Shown piece after piece: positions 9,581 through 19,368 of a stretch of 64,000 bases of DNA. The position numbers and the translations under genes are program-made. Within the stretch, counting starts at the first letter, position 1; each line of letters opens with the position of its first letter. The notes beneath the pieces were generated by a model. It was not told where the DNA came from. It did no database searches and was given only the letters and a program-made list of their open reading frames with translations. The DNA is from a candidate division WOR-3 bacterium (GTDB taxonomy: Bacteria; Hydrothermota; Hydrothermia; LBFQ01): contig JALUCS010000083.1 in NCBI GenBank assembly GCA_027050205.1, positions 3,036-67,035 on the forward strand, read 5' to 3'.

Positions 9581-10396
9581 ATGGCAAAGATAGACGTTAA
9601 GCTCATACAGATGGTGCGCGAGGCCACGGGTGCTGGCCTCATGGACGTGAAGAAGGCCCTTGAGGAGGCGGAGGGGGACATAGATAAGGCCATTGAGATT
9701 CTCCGGAAGATGGGGATAGCCAAGGCGGAGAAGAAGGTCTCCCGTACGACCAAGGAGGGCCTCCTCTTTACCGCCTCCGACGAGAACTTCAAGTGGGGGG
9801 CCGTCGTTGAGGTGGGTTGCGAGACGGACTTCGTAGCCAGGACCGACGACTTCAAGGCCTTTGGCCAGAAGGCCCTCCAGGTCCTCTTGGAGAAGAAGGC
9901 CAACAGCGTTGAGGAGTTGATGGACCCCGCCCTTGAGGAGGAGATGAAGCTCCTCTCCGGGAAGGTGGGGGAGAAGATAGAGATAAAGAAGGTGGCTTAC
10001 TTCTCCACGGACGACGGGATGGTCTATATCTACGTCCATCCGGGCGCCCTTCAGGGGGCTATAGTTGAGATCTATCCCCCCGACGAGAGGGTGGCGAGGG
10101 AGACGGCCATGCAGATCACGGCCATGAAGCCCATCGCCGTCTCCAAGGACGAGATACCGGAGGAGGTCCTCCAGAGGGAGAGGGAGATATACGAGGAGCA
10201 GGCCCGCAAGGAGGGTAAGCCCGAAAAGGTCATCCCCCGCATAGTTGAGGGTAGGCTCAAGTCCTTCCTTAGCGAGAGGTCCCTCCTTGATCAGCCCTAC
10301 ATGAAGGACCCGAAGATCTCCTTCGGCGAGTGGCTAAAGTCCCAGGGGGACTTCGTGGTACGTCGTTTCGTCAGGTTTGACGTCCACGAGGATTAA
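9581..10396 (+). CDS. tsf: elongation factor Ts
   Basis: MAKIDVKLIQMVREATGAGLMDVKKALEEAEGDIDKAIEILRKMG (UBA-like N-terminus of EF-Ts). Confidence 0.92.
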   Translation: MAKIDVKLIQMVREATGAGLMDVKKALEEAEGDIDKAIEILRKMGIAKAEKKVSRTTKEGLLFTASDENFKWGAVVEVGCETDFVARTDDFKAFGQKALQVLLEKKANSVEELMDPALEEEMKLLSGKVGEKIEIKKVAYFSTDDGMVYIYVHPGALQGAIVEIYPPDERVARETAMQITAMKPIAVSKDEIPEEVLQREREIYEEQARKEGKPEKVIPRIVEGRLKSFLSERSLLDQPYMKDPKISFGEWLKSQGDFVVRRFVRFDVHED

Positions 10397-10518
10397 CTGA
10401 ACACGGGGGAGGGGGGATGCTCCGCCTGCACCCTCCTCTCCCTTGAGTTGAAGCTCCGGGAGATGGAGAAGAGGATACTCGCTAAACCCTCCGAAGGTTT
10501 CCCCGTTATATTACCGGC

Positions 10519-11565
10519 ATGAAGAGGTTCAGGTACCTGTGGCCCGTCCTCATCCTCCTCGTGGTGATCCTGTACTTCGTTTGGAGGAGCGTAGGGAGGG
10601 GCAGGCCCGGAGGTGTCCGGGAGGAAACGCCCAAGGCGGAGAACAGACCCGTTGAGATATTCTTCACCCGCTCGGACGACAACCCCGAAAGGGCGTTGGT
10701 CTCCTTCATAAACTCGGCCAAGAGGTACGTTCACGTCGCCATATTTGAGTTGGAGTTGGAGAGTGTCGTAAAGGCCCTGATTGATGCCAAGGAGAGGGGG
10801 GTAGACGTAAAGGTAGTGATGGACGACAGGATGAAGCGGAAGTGGGCGGCCAGAAAGCTGAAGGCGGAGGGCATACCCGTCGTCTTTGACAACCGCCGTC
10901 CCTACATGCACAACAAGTTCGTAGTAGTTGATGGGAAGGCCGTATGGTCCGGTTCAATGAACTTCAAGGAGTCCTCCGTCTATCGCAACGATAACAACGC
11001 CTTCATCATCTTCTCCCCGCAGGTGGCGGAGAACTACGAGAGGGAGTTTCAGGAGATGTTTTCGCAGCACCTCTTCGGCCCGGAGTCCCCACGCAACACC
11101 CACTGCTGTTTCAAGGTGGCCAACATCTACCTTGAGAACTACTTCGCCCCGGAGGACAGCATAGCCCGGAGGATCGTTGATATACTGCGAAACGCCCGTA
11201 AGAGCGTCAGGTTCGCCGCCTTCTCCTTCACGGACGACGACATCGGCAAGGCGATGGTGGAGGCCAAGCGGAGGGGGGTGGACGTGGTCGGTGTGGTGGA
11301 GGCCCGTAGCGTTAGGAACAAGGGGTCGGAGTACAGGAAGCTTAGGAGGGCCGGCATACCGGTCTTCAAGGACGGGAACCCCTACATCCTCCACGACAAG
11401 TACATAATCGTGGATGATTCAATCGTAATAACGGGGTCCTACAACTTCTCGCGGTCGGCGAGGAAGAAGAACGACGAGAACGTGGTCATATTCTTCAAGA
11501 GGTGGATAGCCGAGGAGTACCTTCGGGACTTCGGACGTATCTTGAGAGAGGCGGGGGGTAGGTGA
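10519..11565 (+). CDS. membrane-anchored phospholipase D / Nuc-like family protein with two HKD motifs
   Basis: N-terminal TM helix (LWPVLILLVVILYFVW). HKD motif 1 is HNKFVVVDGKAVWSGSMNF and HKD motif 2 is HDKYIIVDDSIVITGSYNFSRSA. It lies directly next to the trailer end of the CRISPR array. Confidence 0.75.
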   Translation: MKRFRYLWPVLILLVVILYFVWRSVGRGRPGGVREETPKAENRPVEIFFTRSDDNPERALVSFINSAKRYVHVAIFELELESVVKALIDAKERGVDVKVVMDDRMKRKWAARKLKAEGIPVVFDNRRPYMHNKFVVVDGKAVWSGSMNFKESSVYRNDNNAFIIFSPQVAENYEREFQEMFSQHLFGPESPRNTHCCFKVANIYLENYFAPEDSIARRIVDILRNARKSVRFAAFSFTDDDIGKAMVEAKRRGVDVVGVVEARSVRNKGSEYRKLRRAGIPVFKDGNPYILHDKYIIVDDSIVITGSYNFSRSARKKNDENVVIFFKRWIAEEYLRDFGRILREAGGR

Positions 11566-11589
11566 GGGGTGCGTACGGCTATATGGATC

Positions 11590-13231
11590 ATTTCAATCCC
11601 TTATAGGTAGGCTGCAAACGACTGAGGAAGAACTTGATAAAATACTTGATATTCTCGTTTCAATCCCTTATAGGTAGGCTGCAAACAGCCGAGCGACTTT
11701 GGGGACATGCTACCACCTAGACTGTTTCAATCCCTTATAGGTAGGCTGCAAACTATATCGGCTTCAACAGAAGTCAAAACTCTTCCCCCAGTTTCAATCC
11801 CTTATAGGTAGGCTGCAAACAAGACGTATCCCTTGACAGAGGAAACGAAATAGTTGGGTTTCAATCCCTTATAGGTAGGCTGCAAACTACGAAGTCGTCT
11901 CCGCCCTCGGACTCCCCTTCCATAGTTTCAATCCCTTATAGGTAGGCTGCAAACAAAGGGTGGCGTCCTGACCGTTAGACGACGGGGGCATAGTTTCAAT
12001 CCCTTATAGGTAGGCTGCAAACTATGTAAGAAAAGAGAGGAAGTTTTAGAGCTGATACGGTTTCAATCCCTTATAGGTAGGCTGCAAACCTGAGCCATAT
12101 GAGGGGGAGGTCTATGATAACGTTCTGTTTCAATCCCTTATAGGTAGGCTGCAAACACAGACCCGGAGAAACCTCGTCCCCCAGCGTGGGGGGTTTCAAT
12201 CCCTTATAGGTAGGCTGCAAACCCTTACGCCCTCGGTGCCACGGAGGTGGCACGTATTAGTTTCAATCCCTTATAGGTAGGCTGCAAACCGTCCTCTCCG
12301 CCCTCGTTCGCCGCCTCGCTCTATCCGTTTCAATCCCTTATAGGTAGGCTGCAAACTCTCAAAACCTCCCTCGCCGAGTTCATCCCTGAATCTAGTTTCA
12401 ATCCCTTATAGGTAGGCTGCAAACTGACCAGTATAGAAAAGGCACTCCGGGACCTCCCCGAGTTTCAATCCCTTATAGGTAGGCTGCAAACTCAAAATGG
12501 GACACATATGTTTCTATATCAACCTTTTGTTTCAATCCCTTATAGGTAGGCTGCAAACTCTTTACCCTGTCCCCTACCCGCCCCGCCCCCCGGTTTAGTT
12601 TCAATCCCTTATAGGTAGGCTGCAAACGACCGTTTTTTTACGTCGGATACCGGAAACGGGTTGGTTTCAATCCCTTATAGGTAGGCTGCAAACCTGACGC
12701 TTTCGTCGTTCAGGCGATAGCACGAAATTAGTTTCAATCCCTTATAGGTAGGCTGCAAACCCGACTATCCTCTCTTTAGGGAGATTGAAGAATTTTGGTT
12801 TCAATCCCTTATAGGTAGGCTGCAAACCTACCTCATCCTTTCCCCCGACGAATTCTATCTTATCGGTTTCAATCCCTTATAGGTAGGCTGCAAACCAGCA
12901 ATCTGCCCGACTTTACGTCGGGACGAATATATGTTTCAATCCCTTATAGGTAGGCTGCAAACTTTGATTTCCTTTTCGTGTCCAAATACAATATTAGCTG
13001 TTTCAATCCCTTATAGGTAGGCTGCAAACTCATAGGAGCCGCTATCTGGTCAGCGTGGAGAGGGTAGTTTCAATCCCTTATAGGTAGGCTGCAAACAACA
13101 ATAGTTATCATCTAATATCCCTACTTTCGGATTGGTTTCAATCCCTTATAGGTAGGCTGCAAACTCCCCTCCGTTCTCCTCTCCCTCATTCGGGAGAGGG
13201 CGTTTCAATCCCTTATAGGTAGGCTGCAAAC
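11590..13231 (-). CRISPR. CRISPR array with 25 copies of a 30-bp repeat and 24 spacers of about 36-38 bp; crRNA is read on the minus strand
   Basis: The + strand repeat is GTTTCAATCCCTTATAGGTAGGCTGCAAAC. Its reverse complement ends ...ATTGAAAC, matching the 8-nt 5' handle of type I-B repeats. The repeat at 11590 is degenerate (A for G), as expected for the leader-distal end. Confidence 0.97.
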
Positions 13232-13480
13232 CCGTCTCCCATCCCTCTCCACAGGCTCAATTCTCATGCGAGTCTACCGGGTATTATAAGGGCGGGAAAA
13301 TAAAGATGGAGGCTCGTAAACCTCCAATCCTGCAGAAACCCCGGGAGGTTTGCGAAGTGGATGTAGATGCCCATCAGTATTGAGGAAACGGCCTTTTAAT
13401 ACGTTTGAACGATTGTTCAAGGACCCCGTGTAAGTTGAAATTTTCCGGAGGTTTGCGAAGTTGCTTTGTGGTACAAAGTA
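13232..13480 (-). promoter_or_regulatory. Putative CRISPR leader, between the last repeat and the direct-repeat-flanked insertion
   Basis: It adjoins the non-degenerate end of the array on the cas2 side. The minus strand carries TATAAT (reverse complement of gggtattataaggg at about 13298). An internal duplicated motif CCGGGAGGTTTGCGAAGT occurs at about 13333 and 13446. Confidence 0.5.
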
Positions 13481-14200
13481 GTCTTCGGTGAGGTTCAACA
13501 CTCACAGCCACATAGTGTCCCACCGTCGGGGCTTCTGTGGTCGCAGGCTAAACGGTTCAGGTGTAGAATAGAGCCTATGTTGATAGTTCAGAGGTGGGAA
13601 GTTGAAAGTGGAGTGCTTAGTCCCTCTTCAAAGACCCGGCCTTTACTCTATCAGGGGAAGGCACTGTACAGAGCCTTTCTAAGTCTGGCCCGGTCCTTTT
13701 TAAGAGAGCCGAGCGGCTGGTGGTTGAGGAGGAACGTAAGCTCGTTAATAGCGTTGAAGACGGCTTACTCTTATTTACTCTCCGCCCTTGAGGAAGCAGA
13801 TGCTACACCCACGCCGAAGACCGAGGCGGACGACCCCCTGATTACTAAGGTCATCAAGCTGGATACTGCCGTAAAGAGGAAAGGTCTGTTGGAGTTCGCC
13901 CTCAAAGCCGGGCTTGAGGAAGAGTTCTGGAAGGAGCTGGAGGAGACTACTGCGATCGTCAGTTTCCTTCTGAACGTACTTCTGGCCATAAAGGGGGGGA
14001 GGGTAAAAACCTCACAGAAGATCTACAAACGGGTCAGAAGGTTGTTGAGAAGGTATCTCAACCGTCTGGAGGATTTATGGCTGGATGTGGATATGTTGAG
14101 GTATATGGTGGGCGATAGGGATACGCAACTCGTTGATATTGATGAGGTGGAAGGGGAGATAGAGAAGATTTTGGAGGAGCATGGATCTAAAAGCCACTAA
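13466..14200 (+). CDS. hypothetical protein, candidate partner or antitoxin of the downstream RelE/ParE-like toxin; true start probably internal
   Basis: The ORF overlaps the RelE-like gene by 20 nt, the usual antitoxin-toxin arrangement. The C-terminal ~150 aa look protein-like (acidic, helical, ...LEDLWLDVDMLRYMVGDRDTQLVDIDEVEGEIEKILEEHG) with no motif I recognise. The N-terminal ~40 aa overlap the direct repeat and look non-coding. Confidence 0.4.
   Translation: MWYKVVFGEVQHSQPHSVPPSGLLWSQAKRFRCRIEPMLIVQRWEVESGVLSPSSKTRPLLYQGKALYRAFLSLARSFLREPSGWWLRRNVSSLIALKTAYSYLLSALEEADATPTPKTEADDPLITKVIKLDTAVKRKGLLEFALKAGLEEEFWKELEETTAIVSFLLNVLLAIKGGRVKTSQKIYKRVRRLLRRYLNRLEDLWLDVDMLRYMVGDRDTQLVDIDEVEGEIEKILEEHGSKSH
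13489..13522 (+). repeat. 34-bp direct repeat, left copy (GAGGTTCAACACTCACAGCCACATAGTGTCCCAC)
   Basis: Matches the copy at 14493-14526 at 32 of 34 positions. The two copies bracket the RelE-like module. Confidence 0.85.
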
Positions 14201-14468
14201 GAAGTTTCATAAATCCCTACGGAAATTACCTCCAGACGTCTTAAGGAGGCTCCAGAGAACCATCAACCTGATCAAGATCTCAAGGGATGTTGATGACCTC
14301 TCCCGAAGGGTGGGACCGGGGAACATCAAACCTCTGAGGGCTAAGGGTGGCAAGTTCTACAGTATCCGGCTTGGACTCCACTGGCAACTTGGGATTGAGG
14401 TCAGGGGAAACGTAGTCGTTCTGATGAAGATAGGAAGCAGGGAGAACTTCTATAGGGACTTCCCTTGA
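14181..14468 (+). CDS. RelE/ParE-family type II toxin (mRNA interferase)
   Basis: A 95-aa product with an N-terminal KKFHKSLRKLPPDVLRRLQRTI helix and a C-terminal YSIRLGLHWQLGIEVRGNVVVLMKIGSRENFY. The C-terminus follows the pattern Y-R-[LI]R-GDYR-IY-...V-VL-IGHR--Y. Confidence 0.65.
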   Translation: MDLKATKKFHKSLRKLPPDVLRRLQRTINLIKISRDVDDLSRRVGPGNIKPLRAKGGKFYSIRLGLHWQLGIEVRGNVVVLMKIGSRENFYRDFP

Positions 14469-14492
14469 ATAGGACCCCAACGGCAAAGTTGT

Positions 14493-14526
14493 CTGCAACG
14501 AGGTTCCACACCCACAGCCACATAGT
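14493..14526 (+). repeat. 34-bp direct repeat, right copy (GAGGTTCCACACCCACAGCCACATAGTGTCCCAC)
   Basis: See the left copy. It ends 8 bp before the cas2 stop codon. Confidence 0.85.
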
Positions 14527-14533
14527 GTCCCAC

Positions 14534-14800
14534 TCAAAAGATGAAGTCCTCGCTGCTCGGAGCCTCACGCCCGAGGTTTTCGCGGGCGTAGTACGACTTA
14601 CTCCTGAACTTGTATATCACGACGGAGTCCATACTGTCGTCTATGATACCGTTGATCTCGGCCTTCAGGAGGCGAAATTCTGCCTTTGTTATCTCCCCTT
14701 CAAAGACCGAATTCTGTACCCACGTGAGGTACTTCTTGCACACCTTATGCACCTTCTGGACCCGCTCCGTAGCGACGTCATAAACGAGAATGATGAACAT
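14534..14800 (-). CDS. cas2: CRISPR-associated endoribonuclease Cas2
   Basis: An 88-aa product, MFIILVYDVATERVQKVHKVCKKYLTWVQNSVFEGEI... (canonical Cas2 N-terminus). Confidence 0.9.
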   Translation of the reverse strand: MFIILVYDVATERVQKVHKVCKKYLTWVQNSVFEGEITKAEFRLLKAEINGIIDDSMDSVVIYKFRSKSYYARENLGREAPSSEDFIF

Positions 14801-14805
14801 ACCTT

Positions 14806-15807
14806 TCAGTCCTTTATCACGTAAGGCGAATACGGTTTTTCACCCAGAAAGTGCTTGTACAGCTTGTAGCACTCAATCCGGATCAGGCGGCGGTAGGAGA
14901 CCTTACCGATGTTGGGGTACTTTATGGTGTCCTGTAGTTTTTTCTCGTACTCCTGAACGAAGATCCTCATACCCTCCTCCGTCAGATAGCTCATGTTGGC
15001 CTCACTGCTGAAGTGTTTCTCCGTTATCTGGTGGCGATTTACGAGGCGGAAGATCACCCTATCCACGATTATGGGTTTGAAGACCTCGGCGATATCAAGG
15101 TTGAGGGAGAAGCTCCGGCGGTTGGTCTCGTGGAGGTACCCTATTCTTGGGTCAAGGTGCGTCCGGTATATCTGGGAGAGTACGGTCGTGTATATGAGGG
15201 AGTTTCCGAAGGAGATCAGGGCGTTTATGGGGTTTCTGGGTGGGCGACGTGTCCGTTTATCAAAGGCGAAGGTGTCGCTCCCGAGGATATCGTTCCAAGA
15301 GGCGTAGTACTTCTCCCTGACGTTCCCCTCGTAGGCCATCAACTCCGGGATACTGCTAATGCCGTTTATATCCTCAAGACCAGATACGAACTCCTCCGAC
15401 CTCTCCTTGAGGTCGTACCTCTTCAGGTTTTTGGCCATGTTCAGTACGGCACCCATTACGAAGCCCCGGGCGAGGGCCATTCTCCTTTCCTCATCAAGGT
15501 AATGCTCCGCCTGAAGGAGGGTTATAAGGCCGCTGTTGTAGTACTCGCGGGGGTAGTAGGAACCCGCATAGTAGCCGTAGTAGTTGTAGAAGTGGAGGGG
15601 GATACGGTTCTGGCTGAGGAATACCAGGAGTTTGCTGTTCAGGGACATCTCACCGAATACGTGGATCTCGGAGACCGCCTTTACGGGGATGCTCCGCTTA
15701 CCACCCTCCCACTCAAACATCAGGGTGTTGTCCTTACGCCTCAGGCTGCCGCTCTGGAATATGTATATCGCCCTCTTCATGACCAGCACATCTCCCTGTA
15801 GGCGCAC
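14806..15807 (-). CDS. cas1: CRISPR-associated integrase Cas1
   Basis: A ~330-aa product adjacent to cas2 and cas4. The true start is probably the internal MKRAIYIF at about 15780. Confidence 0.85.
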   Translation of the reverse strand: MRLQGDVLVMKRAIYIFQSGSLRRKDNTLMFEWEGGKRSIPVKAVSEIHVFGEMSLNSKLLVFLSQNRIPLHFYNYYGYYAGSYYPREYYNSGLITLLQAEHYLDEERRMALARGFVMGAVLNMAKNLKRYDLKERSEEFVSGLEDINGISSIPELMAYEGNVREKYYASWNDILGSDTFAFDKRTRRPPRNPINALISFGNSLIYTTVLSQIYRTHLDPRIGYLHETNRRSFSLNLDIAEVFKPIIVDRVIFRLVNRHQITEKHFSSEANMSYLTEEGMRIFVQEYEKKLQDTIKYPNIGKVSYRRLIRIECYKLYKHFLGEKPYSPYVIKD

Positions 15808-16268
15808 CTGCGGCAGTACCGTACCTTGACGGGCGGTGGTGGAGAGGGCAGGTTTATGAGGTTTTCTATGGCCTTTATCACGCTGGAGATTTCCCTTTCG
15901 CTCTCCGCATCCAATACCACCTCAACCCTCCTCCTCTCCTCCGGGAAGGACAGGACCCCCTTCGCCTCAACGCCCTTCTCGTGCTTCAGGTAGTAAAGGT
16001 AAAAGAGCAGTTGCATCTTCGCCGCCTTAAGGAACTTTGAGGACTTCTTCACCTCCACTATGACGTTTCCCCTCATGAGGTCTATCTTTATGCGGTTGTC
16101 AAGGTTTATCTCCTTGTTCTCTTCGTACCTGCGGAAGAAGAGGGAGGTTATGGAGCGCCCTTCCGCCATCAGGGGGTTCTCATGCTCCGGCTCTATGCCG
16201 TGTCCCATCAACCATACCTGACGTTTGCATATGTGGTAGTACCAGACGAGAGTTCCGTTCGCTACCAT
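15777..16268 (-). CDS. cas4: Cas4 (RecB-like nuclease with Fe-S cysteines)
   Basis: N-terminal Cys (YHICKRQVW) and a C-terminal CRRCAYREMC cluster. Length is 163 aa. Confidence 0.85.
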   Translation of the reverse strand: MVANGTLVWYYHICKRQVWLMGHGIEPEHENPLMAEGRSITSLFFRRYEENKEINLDNRIKIDLMRGNVIVEVKKSSKFLKAAKMQLLFYLYYLKHEKGVEAKGVLSFPEERRRVEVVLDAESEREISSVIKAIENLINLPSPPPPVKVRYCRRCAYREMCWS

Positions 16269-18661
16269 ATCTCAAATCCCCTTTCATCCCGTATGAAGCC
16301 GGTCGTGGGGTCGTAGAACCTTCCGAGGGCGTTCTCATCAACCACGGGCAACCCGACACCTCTATCGGTAAGGCTGCCTTCCAGGTCAACCGACGTACTG
16401 ACCACAAACTGGTAAAACTTCGGCTTTATCCTGTTGAACCTCTCACGGGCCTTCCAGATGTCGCTGGTGCGTTTCATCTCCTCAAGGATGCTCTTAAACT
16501 CCTTCCACACTTCCCTGGCTTCGTCCGTAATCTTTATGAACACGTCTCTCTTGTAAGGCTGTTCCTCAATAAGACAGAACTGACTGATATAAACCTCGTT
16601 AGCATCTGTGGGTTTTAAAACACATCTCTTATTCCTCTCCCCATCAAAGCGAAGACCACACACCGCCTTCCATAACTCATCACTCACCGCATCCGTTATA
16701 CCCTTTTCCCATACGCTCCTGAAGTACTCACCGATCAGGGAGGAGAATTCCGGCTCCGTCAAACGGGATGAACTCTTCAGGAGGGCCATAGTGCGCTCAA
16801 GGAGGACAGAATCGTAGATCCGGTGAGCGAAGTTTTTACCTTTATCATCTACAAGGTAAACGACATGGAACTTCCCACGTTTCCCGGAACTCAGATTGCG
16901 GTTGCACCTGCCGGCAGTCTGGATCAGGGAGTCCATGGGGGCGAGGTCGCGATATACCACGTCAAAATCCACATCAACCCCGGCCTCTATGATCTGTGTT
17001 GATACGGCAAATCTGTAATTTCCACTCTTTATCGCCCTTATGCGGTTCAGTCGCTCGTAAGGGGGTATCTCCGTTGATAGAAAGGCTACTGGCTCTCCGA
17101 CCTTACCGCTGAGCAGGCTATAAAGCTCCTGTGCCGACGCTATCGTGTTGGCGACGAACAGGTAGGATAGGCCATCTCTGGGGTTGAAGTCGTTGATGAA
17201 GTCTCGCAGGGTCCGTGGGTTGAGATCTATATGCACGTCCATCCTGTCAAGTTCCCTGAAGTACCTTTCGGGTTCGGGCACGAGCTCCTTTGCGTCCTTC
17301 AGGAGGTAGGGTTGTGTGGCCGTCATGAGAATAACGTACAGCTTCAGACGTTCTGAGGCTTCTTTCAGGATGTTGCGAATGAGGGGCCAGTACACCGAAG
17401 GCAGAGCCTGAACCTCGTCCATGAGCAGAATAGAGCCGTAAAGACGGTTGAAGCGACGGGCAGAGGGGTTCCGCCACGATAGAAGGGTATCAAAGAGCTG
17501 TACGAAGGTCGTTATGATCACCTCGGAGTGCCAGCCTTCCGTCAGGAGCCGGGAAACTCCGTAGTCAAACTCGTCGCTCTCCACCCTGTAGCCCAGATCC
17601 GACAGGTGATGGTGCTTTATGATCGCGCGGCTGTCGGGCGACCTCAGACTCTCCCTGAGGACATCCTCCAGAACCCGTGCGTTCTGGTCAATGATAGAGA
17701 GGAAAGGAAGAGCGTATATTATGCGGGGTCTGTAGGCTTTACGTTTGAAGACGACCTCTCTTAACTTCATGGCCACCGCCATGCCCGTGAGGGTTTTCCC
17801 CATACCCGTAGGAAGGGTAAGGGTGTAAAGGTGTTCATCCGGCGATAGATCCTGCCTCATAACCTCCTGGAACGCCCTCTCCCTCAGCCCATCCATTTTC
17901 CCGTTGTCAGATTTGAAGGCTCTGGCCCTGTACCTCTGTACGGTGTTGGAGGGTATATCCACCCTCTCCGGAACGTATCCGCCCGCCCCGGCCTCAAGTT
18001 TATCCGCATTCAGCAGGGAGGAGAATCCGGTTAGTAAGGTGAAGAACGCCCCAATATCTTCCCCTTCACATTTACGTTTTTTCCTCCACCATCTCCTCCA
18101 TCTTCCGAAAATTTTCTTCAGGTCATTCCCCAGCCATACTTCAAACTCCTGCCGGTTAAAGACGAGGACTTCCCTTCGGGGGAAATGAAGGTCAAGTGAG
18201 CCAAGAAAGGCGTTCGCTCTGTCTTCGTTTATACTCTCCACCTGCTTCCGCAGGTTTTCAAGTTCCCTATCGCCGGGAGGGTAAATCTCATCGTACACGT
18301 CCCGCAAGTTCGTATGGTGCCGCTTTACGATCAGATGAAGGAGGAGAATGTGAAGCCGATAGTTCTCTTCACTAATACCCCGTACTTCAAGCCATCTTAA
18401 GGCACGGTTGAGGAAGAAGAGGGAGGAGAGGTAGGCGTGGCGGGATAGGGGGTCCTTCTTCCTCCGGCCTGACAGGACGTCCTGAAAGAAGGCCGTAGTT
18501 TTGCCGAAGTCATGAAGGGCCGCTGCCATCTCAAGGAGAACCCTTTCAGATTCGCCTTGCCAGTACGGTATATCCCTTACCTCTCCCCTGAGAAGGTGCA
18601 GGACCCGGTTCGTATGCTCCTCTAAGAGGACTCCCGGATGTGAGTAGATGCCGGAGGCCAT
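16262..18661 (-). CDS. cas3: Cas3 HD nuclease-helicase fusion
   Basis: N-terminal HD (AAALHDFGKT ... KRHH) followed by Walker A LPTGMGKTL and a DEVQ (DEAH-box) motif LLMDEVQALP. Length is 799 aa. Confidence 0.9.
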   Translation of the reverse strand: MASGIYSHPGVLLEEHTNRVLHLLRGEVRDIPYWQGESERVLLEMAAALHDFGKTTAFFQDVLSGRRKKDPLSRHAYLSSLFFLNRALRWLEVRGISEENYRLHILLLHLIVKRHHTNLRDVYDEIYPPGDRELENLRKQVESINEDRANAFLGSLDLHFPRREVLVFNRQEFEVWLGNDLKKIFGRWRRWWRKKRKCEGEDIGAFFTLLTGFSSLLNADKLEAGAGGYVPERVDIPSNTVQRYRARAFKSDNGKMDGLRERAFQEVMRQDLSPDEHLYTLTLPTGMGKTLTGMAVAMKLREVVFKRKAYRPRIIYALPFLSIIDQNARVLEDVLRESLRSPDSRAIIKHHHLSDLGYRVESDEFDYGVSRLLTEGWHSEVIITTFVQLFDTLLSWRNPSARRFNRLYGSILLMDEVQALPSVYWPLIRNILKEASERLKLYVILMTATQPYLLKDAKELVPEPERYFRELDRMDVHIDLNPRTLRDFINDFNPRDGLSYLFVANTIASAQELYSLLSGKVGEPVAFLSTEIPPYERLNRIRAIKSGNYRFAVSTQIIEAGVDVDFDVVYRDLAPMDSLIQTAGRCNRNLSSGKRGKFHVVYLVDDKGKNFAHRIYDSVLLERTMALLKSSSRLTEPEFSSLIGEYFRSVWEKGITDAVSDELWKAVCGLRFDGERNKRCVLKPTDANEVYISQFCLIEEQPYKRDVFIKITDEAREVWKEFKSILEEMKRTSDIWKARERFNRIKPKFYQFVVSTSVDLEGSLTDRGVGLPVVDENALGRFYDPTTGFIRDERGFEIW

Positions 18662-19368
18662 AGGTATATAACGCTTCCGTCCCTCAGTCTGTAAAGCCCG
18701 TCCTTGGCCCCAACCTTAACCGGACGTCCGTTGGCCTCTACGATCACGTCCTGATACAGACGTGGGACCCGGTTCGTGTCTATATAAATGGGTACACGTT
18801 CTTTCAGCAGTTTTATACCGTCTTCAATGGCCTCTCCGAAGTCCGAGACTATATCTACCGGGAAAACGCTTGATATCCGATAAACCCCCGATGGAAGGGC
18901 CTCCAGCTCCTCCACTCCAACGTAGGAGAAGTCCGCGAGGAGCTCGGACAATCCCAGGCAAAGGGTGTAGTGGGTGCGATGTTCCTGTAGAAGGGAGGCG
19001 ACCTCTACGAGCATCTTTTCGTCTCCGCTCAGGAAAATCCTAAAGCGGGGGTTTTTGAGGTACTCAATCTTTATCTGGGTCCGTGGCTCTTTCTTTCTGT
19101 GTAGCGTAGGATCAAACCCGCTTGAGCCTTTAGTATTTATCAGGTTCTGTCCCCAACGGATCCGTTTTACGGGGTTAAGGACCCGGATACCGACGTACAA
19201 CCCGGAAGTTTTCTCTATGTACTCTTCTTTCCCCATACCGAGGATCGCCCCAACCATACCCCTGACGGCCGTAGGAGGTGGGAAGGAGTAGGTCAGAGGG
19301 GAGGAAGTGGTGTAGAACCTCCTGAAGTGCGCGTAATCGCCCCAGATGTCAAAGAGGACGGCTCTCAT
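18622..19368 (-). CDS. cas5: Cas5 (type I-B, Cas5h)
   Basis: MRAVLFDIWGDYAHFRRFYTTSSPLTYSFPPPTAVRGMVGAILGM (Cas5 N-terminal signature). Confidence 0.85.
   Translation of the reverse strand: MRAVLFDIWGDYAHFRRFYTTSSPLTYSFPPPTAVRGMVGAILGMGKEEYIEKTSGLYVGIRVLNPVKRIRWGQNLINTKGSSGFDPTLHRKKEPRTQIKIEYLKNPRFRIFLSGDEKMLVEVASLLQEHRTHYTLCLGLSELLADFSYVGVEELEALPSGVYRISSVFPVDIVSDFGEAIEDGIKLLKERVPIYIDTNRVPRLYQDVIVEANGRPVKVGAKDGLYRLRDGSVIYLWPPASTHIRESS

Noticed and set aside
10397-10518. G-rich imperfect inverted repeat after tsf (gggggaggggggatgc...gcaccctcctctccc) as a terminator
   Set aside because: The stem is imperfect and there is no U-tract. Too weak to call as a feature.
13232-14533. Integrase or transposase explaining the direct-repeat-flanked insertion
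   Set aside because: The only ORFs between the repeats are the RelE-like toxin and its partner. No recombinase motifs are present, so the insertion mechanism remains unexplained.
15013-15801. A 262-aa + strand ORF inside the cas region
   Set aside because: Antisense to cas1; no recognisable motifs.
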